From NCBI RefSeq assembly GCF_009914755.1, contig NC_060938.1: DNA of 64,000 bases, one strand, 5' to 3'. The notes below the pieces were generated by a model, which did no database searches, had not been told where the DNA came from, and worked only from the letters and a program-made list of their open reading frames with translations. Each line of letters opens with the position of its first letter. The stretch's first letter is position 1. Both the position numbers and the translations under genes were made by a program. The stretch is from the human T2T-CHM13v2.0 reference genome, Homo sapiens. Positions 58,406-64,000 of this stretch are shown here, piece by piece.

Positions 58406-59388
58406 TAAAACACTGTGTCTCCATCCCTTTAATTTTAGCATAATTCAGTATTAAGGATAATAGTCAGCAAACAGTGTTCATACATATGAAAATTTGGAAA
58501 GATATTTTGGTCACTAGAGTAAGTTGGAATATCGCAAGTCAACTACTTTGAAGCAAAGCTCCTGTTTGAATTATTTTGCTTTCTAAAAAAGTTTTATTGC
58601 TCTATGTTTTTAACTCCAGTTAACACTTTATCTGTTTGATCAGCACAGTGTCAATCTGTTAGCTAGTCTACATAGAAAAATGGAAAAAATGGAGAGAGAT
58701 GCCGATTATAAACACCAGTTCTGTGCTTTATGATCTTTGAACTCCAGAAGCTATTTCTAAGGAAGAGGATTCACATCTGAGGCACATGAGACTTCCATAA
58801 AGGAAAGCACATCTGCATAAACAGTTCATGTTCTCATTCAGTGTTCCTGCCTGAAGGTTTCATCAGTTCATTTTTCCTTTGATGTGATGCTTACTTCTAT
58901 TGCTCTTTAACCACATTCTCTTTTTAAGTATTTCCTTTCTCTTTCCCAAGGACATGCCATTTGGTAGACTTAGAGATTGCTTTGCAGGGAGAGTCATTAA
59001 AAACCCATGCAACTATGCTTCCCCCACCCCTTTCTCTCTTTAAGAAAAGTTATTAAAACTTCTTAATTAGAATAGATCTGGATCTGTATTGTAGAAGATG
59101 CTTAATGGCTACCTAAACATTCAAAAACCTAATGTCACACTATTTTCTTTTTAAATATTCAGTATAGCTTATTTCTATCCTAATGGTGACTAAATTTGAG
59201 AAGACAAAACACAGTAGGTATAATACAAAATTTTCTATTAGCTTACACCCTGCTGATGAACACATCACCTAATCCTATTCATTGCATGTAACTAGTGTAA
59301 GGTTCATTAGATAAGGAGTCTGACTCTCTTCCCTCTCTCTGAAAGAGCACAAATGATAAGTTTTCTGAAGTGCAGAGAGAAATGAAGA

Positions 59389-59553
59389 AATAAACATGTT
59401 CCTGGAGATTCCTTTTCCAGGCTGAGCGACCTAAAACAAACAAATATAGTTAAAGCAGAATACCCAAGCTTAAGAGTCAGCAACCTTCACAAACTGAATC
59501 TTCATAAACACCAGGTTTAAATTTTGACTAAGATAAGGTAAAACTAGTTTTTT
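59389..59553 (+). repeat. Local duplication copy B (paralog of 56039-56203)
   Basis: aataaacatgttcctggagattccttttccagg...aaactagtttttt aligns ungapped to copy A. Confidence 0.95.
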
Positions 59554-60526
59554 TTTTTCTTTTTATTCACCTATGAGAGCTGCTCTCAATGACTAGAAAC
59601 GTGTATGGTGCTAAACATATACATTGCCATTCATCTTCAAGGTTTAAAAAGATTGATATTTAATTCATAGTCAGAGTATCCCTGGGCATTATGTTCTCTT
59701 ACAATGTGAGAAATTTGGATATGTTGTGAAGCAGAAGAACAAAGAAAGTCTTACAGAACAGTTTCTATAGCATTACACGCTCATCTATATGTACATCTGC
59801 ACTTTGACCTATACCTATCATGAAATAAAGTCAAGTAATAATCAATCATTTGGTAATAGAATACTTTAAAGTGAGTTATTGCAAGTATAATCTGCACAGA
59901 TAGACAAGTATTTTTCCTGGCAGTTATGCCATTTTTTTCAAAGAACTTCAAAATCCACTCGAAGAAACTCTGTATAAACCTATATCTCTTGGGACTCCTT
60001 TGTATTTCTTCTGTTTCAATTTCCTGGGCTTGAAGATTTGACTTTGAAAAACCAGTATGTGCCTTCAGTGTCTCTTTCTTGATATCTGCATGAGGGCATT
60101 TGTCTGTGTGATCCTGAAACATTACCTTTCTCTGGGATGATTGGGTTCTCTGGGCAAATTTTGTTTTATTTGATTTTGCTTTTCTTTGAGAGCATGAAGT
60201 TTTTCATCAGCCTTCATTCATTTTTTTCAGTGAAATTTATGGCTTGAATAAAATTAGCTCACCCAATGGGTGCTCTACAAGTAGCTTCCTTTGAATTCCC
60301 ACGGCCGATTATTTTCAGTATACCAGTAGATCATAAATCTTAGAGGCCATAAAAGTGTTTCTTCTTAAGGTATGTTCCAGTCTGTAAATTCTAAGGTGGA
60401 TAGCCTTCACCTCAAATTCTCAAAGTTCATTTTATCTTTCTTCTTTTATTTTTCATAAATGATTTCTTAGTTCCTGAGAGTTGTATTTGATGGAGAGCAA
60501 CAAATCTTGAAATTTTTAATTTTTCT
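59545..60526 (-). other. Candidate terminal exon-like segment (decayed coding or lncRNA), unverified
   Basis: Minus-strand acceptor gctcactctccacaacttttctattttag|A at 60526; stop-free frame 60203-59784; AATAAA at 59567-59562. Confidence 0.25.
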
Positions 60527-61138
60527 CTAAAATAGAAAAGTTGTGGAGAGTGAGCTCTATCCAAGCTTTACTTTCTAAATACCTTTAGGTTTCCCCCACC
60601 CCACACCCAGAGACAGGGTTTCAATTATAGTGAAAGAAGGAATGATTCATATAGTGAGGAAAAAAGGAGAAAGCAAGAAAAACTGTATCTCATCAACTCT
60701 CCCCAAGTTACATGAAGAATCAAGGTTTATCAACAATTACCATATTTTTTATTATTGAAAACATTTTTTATCTTTACATTTATGAAATCAGAATATATCT
60801 TAAATCAATGTGTACTTTAAATGAGTCAATATTTTATTTTTTCTTATTGAGAGGAAGATAACTAATAGACAATGTCTTAATATAGAAAAAATGATGTGTA
60901 TAAGTTCTATTTTTTTCCCTAGACTTGGCCACCAAATGCAAAGGTAGAATATTAATGCTTGTCTTATAAGCCTGGAAAGCCAAATTCAATATTTATAATA
61001 GTTCATGGCATTAAACTAGGAACCTTATAAGCTAGGAAGGAAACATGGAACAAATAAGTAAATGTGATAAATCCCAGTCTGGGGGATGGAGGATAGAGAA
61101 AGAACTTCTAGCTGGAACTAATACCAAAAAGAGGTGTA

Positions 61139-61434
<296 letters not shown>

Positions 61435-62417
61435 GTGGTATAACTCTGCTGAGGAAATGTCTCCCTGAGTAGGAGGATGGATATATTTTATTCTTGAAAG
61501 CTTTTTGTTCCCTTGCCTCATGACAGCGATAGCTCCAATTATGATTCCCAGTTGGTGGTGGTTTTGTTATGAGGGAATTGAAGTCAGATCCTCAAAGTAA
61601 CACACAGAATGCTGAGCAAGGATTGAATGGAATAACCCCCAAAAAGCACTTCAACAGTAAACCAAAGACATTCAAACTCTCTTTTTAAGAGTGAAACACT
61701 TGTCTCAAAATTTTGAGTATCCAAAAAAGTATTCAATAGCAATAAAAAAGAAATTACAATTTGATGAGTAATTATGCTTGGTAAAACAGAATCTAGGAAT
61801 CCATTGAAATATACACGACAGAATATGATCAAATATTTTGCATATTAAGTTATGTTATTAACTGTTTTAAAAGACACACTTCACAATATGATACAACTTT
61901 AAAAGGCAATTTGAGAGAAAATGTTTAGTCTCAGGGTGGGTTGCTGGCATGAAATCACCCAAAGGCAGCAATTATTTCTCTATTCTTATTTACTTCATTT
62001 CCACTTAACTAGTAATAGTGTGGCAATTAATTTCTAGTTTTCCAAGGAGTATTATTTAAGGTTTTGCTTTTTTAACCATCGCTTATAAATAGATAACTCT
62101 GTGGTAGTTAGTATGAAATGTGGTTTTAAAACTTATCAACAGTGGAGTACCTTTACAACCATTTTTAATATGGAACATTAAAAGTAATTTTTTTCTAAGG
62201 GTATAGAAAATGCTATGAAGGGTTACAGACTGGCCATTAAAAGCAAGAAAGTAAAACACCACAAGAGTAATGTACCTCTTTATTCATTTAAGTTTTCCAT
62301 TTATTTTCTTGTTTCTTCTGCTTTTGCTTTTGGTAGTGATGGGGAGGGGTGGGTACTCAGGTGACAGTTTAAGCCCAAGCATTCTGGGTATGATTATTTG
62401 AACCACTTTACCAGTCT

Positions 62418-62452
62418 TATTTTATTATTATTATTATTTTTATTATTATTAT
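62418..62452. repeat. (TTA)n microsatellite, interrupted
   Basis: ttattattattattatttttattattattatt. Confidence 0.85.
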
Positions 62453-62790
62453 TGAGTATAAGAACTAGCTGCTAATTCTCTCTAGACTTTAGGTGAATGA
62501 CTCATGATAGCAATACATGTAAAAAGGAAGAGAAAGAAAAAAGAAAAATAAGCAGGAAAATAAGCACAGCTCACACATCTGGATCTATGGAGCTACGCTG
62601 CCTTGTTTGGCTGCTGGTTGAGAACCAGTCTGGAATCCCACTGGCTAACCTCTGAACTGCTAGAGGCAGGTCTGCTCTACTCACTGTGGACACAATGGAC
62701 CCCCTCCTAGTTAACAACACTCCTTAAAGCAAAAGCAAGTGAAACGATTCTGGACCAATTAGAGAGGGCATTACTCATGTTCACACATAC

Positions 62791-62958
62791 CATCCTGAGT
62801 CTGTATATAAATTGCCACCTTTTACATCATATACATTGACAGTAGCCGAGCAACATAAAGGATAAAAAAATAAAGCTTTGCCACTCCGAGGTGCCTACAC
62901 ATCTGCTGTCTTAGTTCACATTCTAGAATGTTATCGTGGATTAAACATATGGTGACTC
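62791..62958 (-). other. Candidate 168-nt internal exon-like segment, unverified
   Basis: Minus-strand pyrimidine-rich acceptor ...ttcatttatttcacatttag|G and donor ATG|gtatgt. Confidence 0.25.
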
Positions 62959-63662
62959 CTAAATGTGAAATAAATGAACGTGCAAAAAGGAAATGGAGGA
63001 CCAGTTTCTCAATTCTAGCAGATGCTCGTAAAAGCACAGGGAGCCCTCCCCAAAAGTAACTTTGAATTAGACAATACAGTCATTTAAAAAAATCTAAGAA
63101 AGGAAGTTGTTGACTTTCAAGTTTATCATGGACTTAGTGACCATTGTGAATATGAATTACACTGATTGCCCTTGAAATGTGTTTGAATAATTCTTGGACT
63201 TCTGAGACTATGATGAAATTGTCTTTTTGTGTTTTATGGAGTCCTGATTCTTCCCATGCTGCTGAAAATAAAACCAAATTTTATTGAGTGTCTGCCCTGA
63301 ACAAGCACTATTCCAAGCCTTAGGATAAGCAGTGAGTAATTGACATAAATAATTACTTCTATAAAGTTTACATTTAATAAGAGAAGATTGAAATAAAATA
63401 ATTGTTCTATAGTGTGTTATAAAGTATTAAATTTAATGGAAAAAATGAAACAGGTATGAGAGCTTTTTAGAAAAGAAGTCTGTACTGGGTACACCAATCA
63501 GAGTCTCTTTAAACTTGAATCTGGATAAGACCACCAAGAAGGTGTAGAAGCTATGGAAGGTAGATAGAAAAAAAGGCCTGAAAAATGATCTGTAGGGTTT
63601 TAAAAATTCAAGATGTAAAATTCATAAGGAGGATCCAGCAAAAGAGATTGGAAAAGAGTAAG

Positions 63663-64000
63663 AGTGATGGTTGAATTTTTGTGTCAACTTGACTGGGCTA
63701 AGGGGTGCCCAGATAGCTGGTGAAACACTCCAGATGCCTTTGTGAGGGTGTCTTTGGAAGAGATTAGTATTTGTATCAGTAGGCTGAGTAAAGAAGATCA
63801 ACCCTCGCCAAGGTGGGTGATCATCATTGTATCTGTTGAGGACCCTATTATAACAAAATGATGAAGAAAGAGTGAATTTCCTATCTCTATTTGAGTGGGA
63901 CATCCATCTTTTCCTGCCCTCACACCTCAATGCCTGAGATTCTCAGGCATTTGGACTCTGGACATGAACCAGGACTTATATCACACCTCACCCCAGTATC
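63663..64000 (+). mobile_element. MLT2 (ERVL) LTR, runs off the window end
   Basis: gtgatggttgaatttttgtgtcaacttgactgggctaaggggtgcccagatagctgg; similar to the 7766 element. Confidence 0.85.

Noticed and set aside
62870-62900. Walker-A-like PRSGK in the candidate exon
   Set aside because: Needs a stop or frameshift corrected to supply the first Gly and has Ala instead of Ser/Thr; not supportable

Overview
AT-rich, CpG-poor primate (most likely human) intergenic or deep-intronic DNA. There is no CpG island, intact protein-coding gene, RNA gene or CRISPR array that I can support. Much of the window is interspersed repeat: 11 dimeric Alus plus a monomer and a 3' fragment, a full-length THE1 (MaLR) provirus with two LTRs and a perfect 5-bp TSD, solo LTRs (THE1, MLT1, MLT2, MER31-like, LTR33-like), a ~5.7-kb old L1 lacking ORF1, L2/MIR remnants and DNA-transposon fossils (Tigger2a, MER47A, Tigger3, MER2, MER53, MER33), several of them nested. 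Nearly all ORFs in the track are repeat-derived or chance ORFs. Repeat family names come from remembered consensus sequences and need RepeatMasker/Dfam confirmation. Two things are not explained by standard annotation. First, a complex rearranged AT-rich block at 55.5-56.3 kb is built of direct and inverted duplications and carries a ~165-bp copy of sequence from 3350 bp downstream. Second, two phase-compatible minus-strand exon-like segments (62958-62791 and 60526 onward) could be a decayed gene or lncRNA; this is speculative. I do not see a clearly novel biological system.
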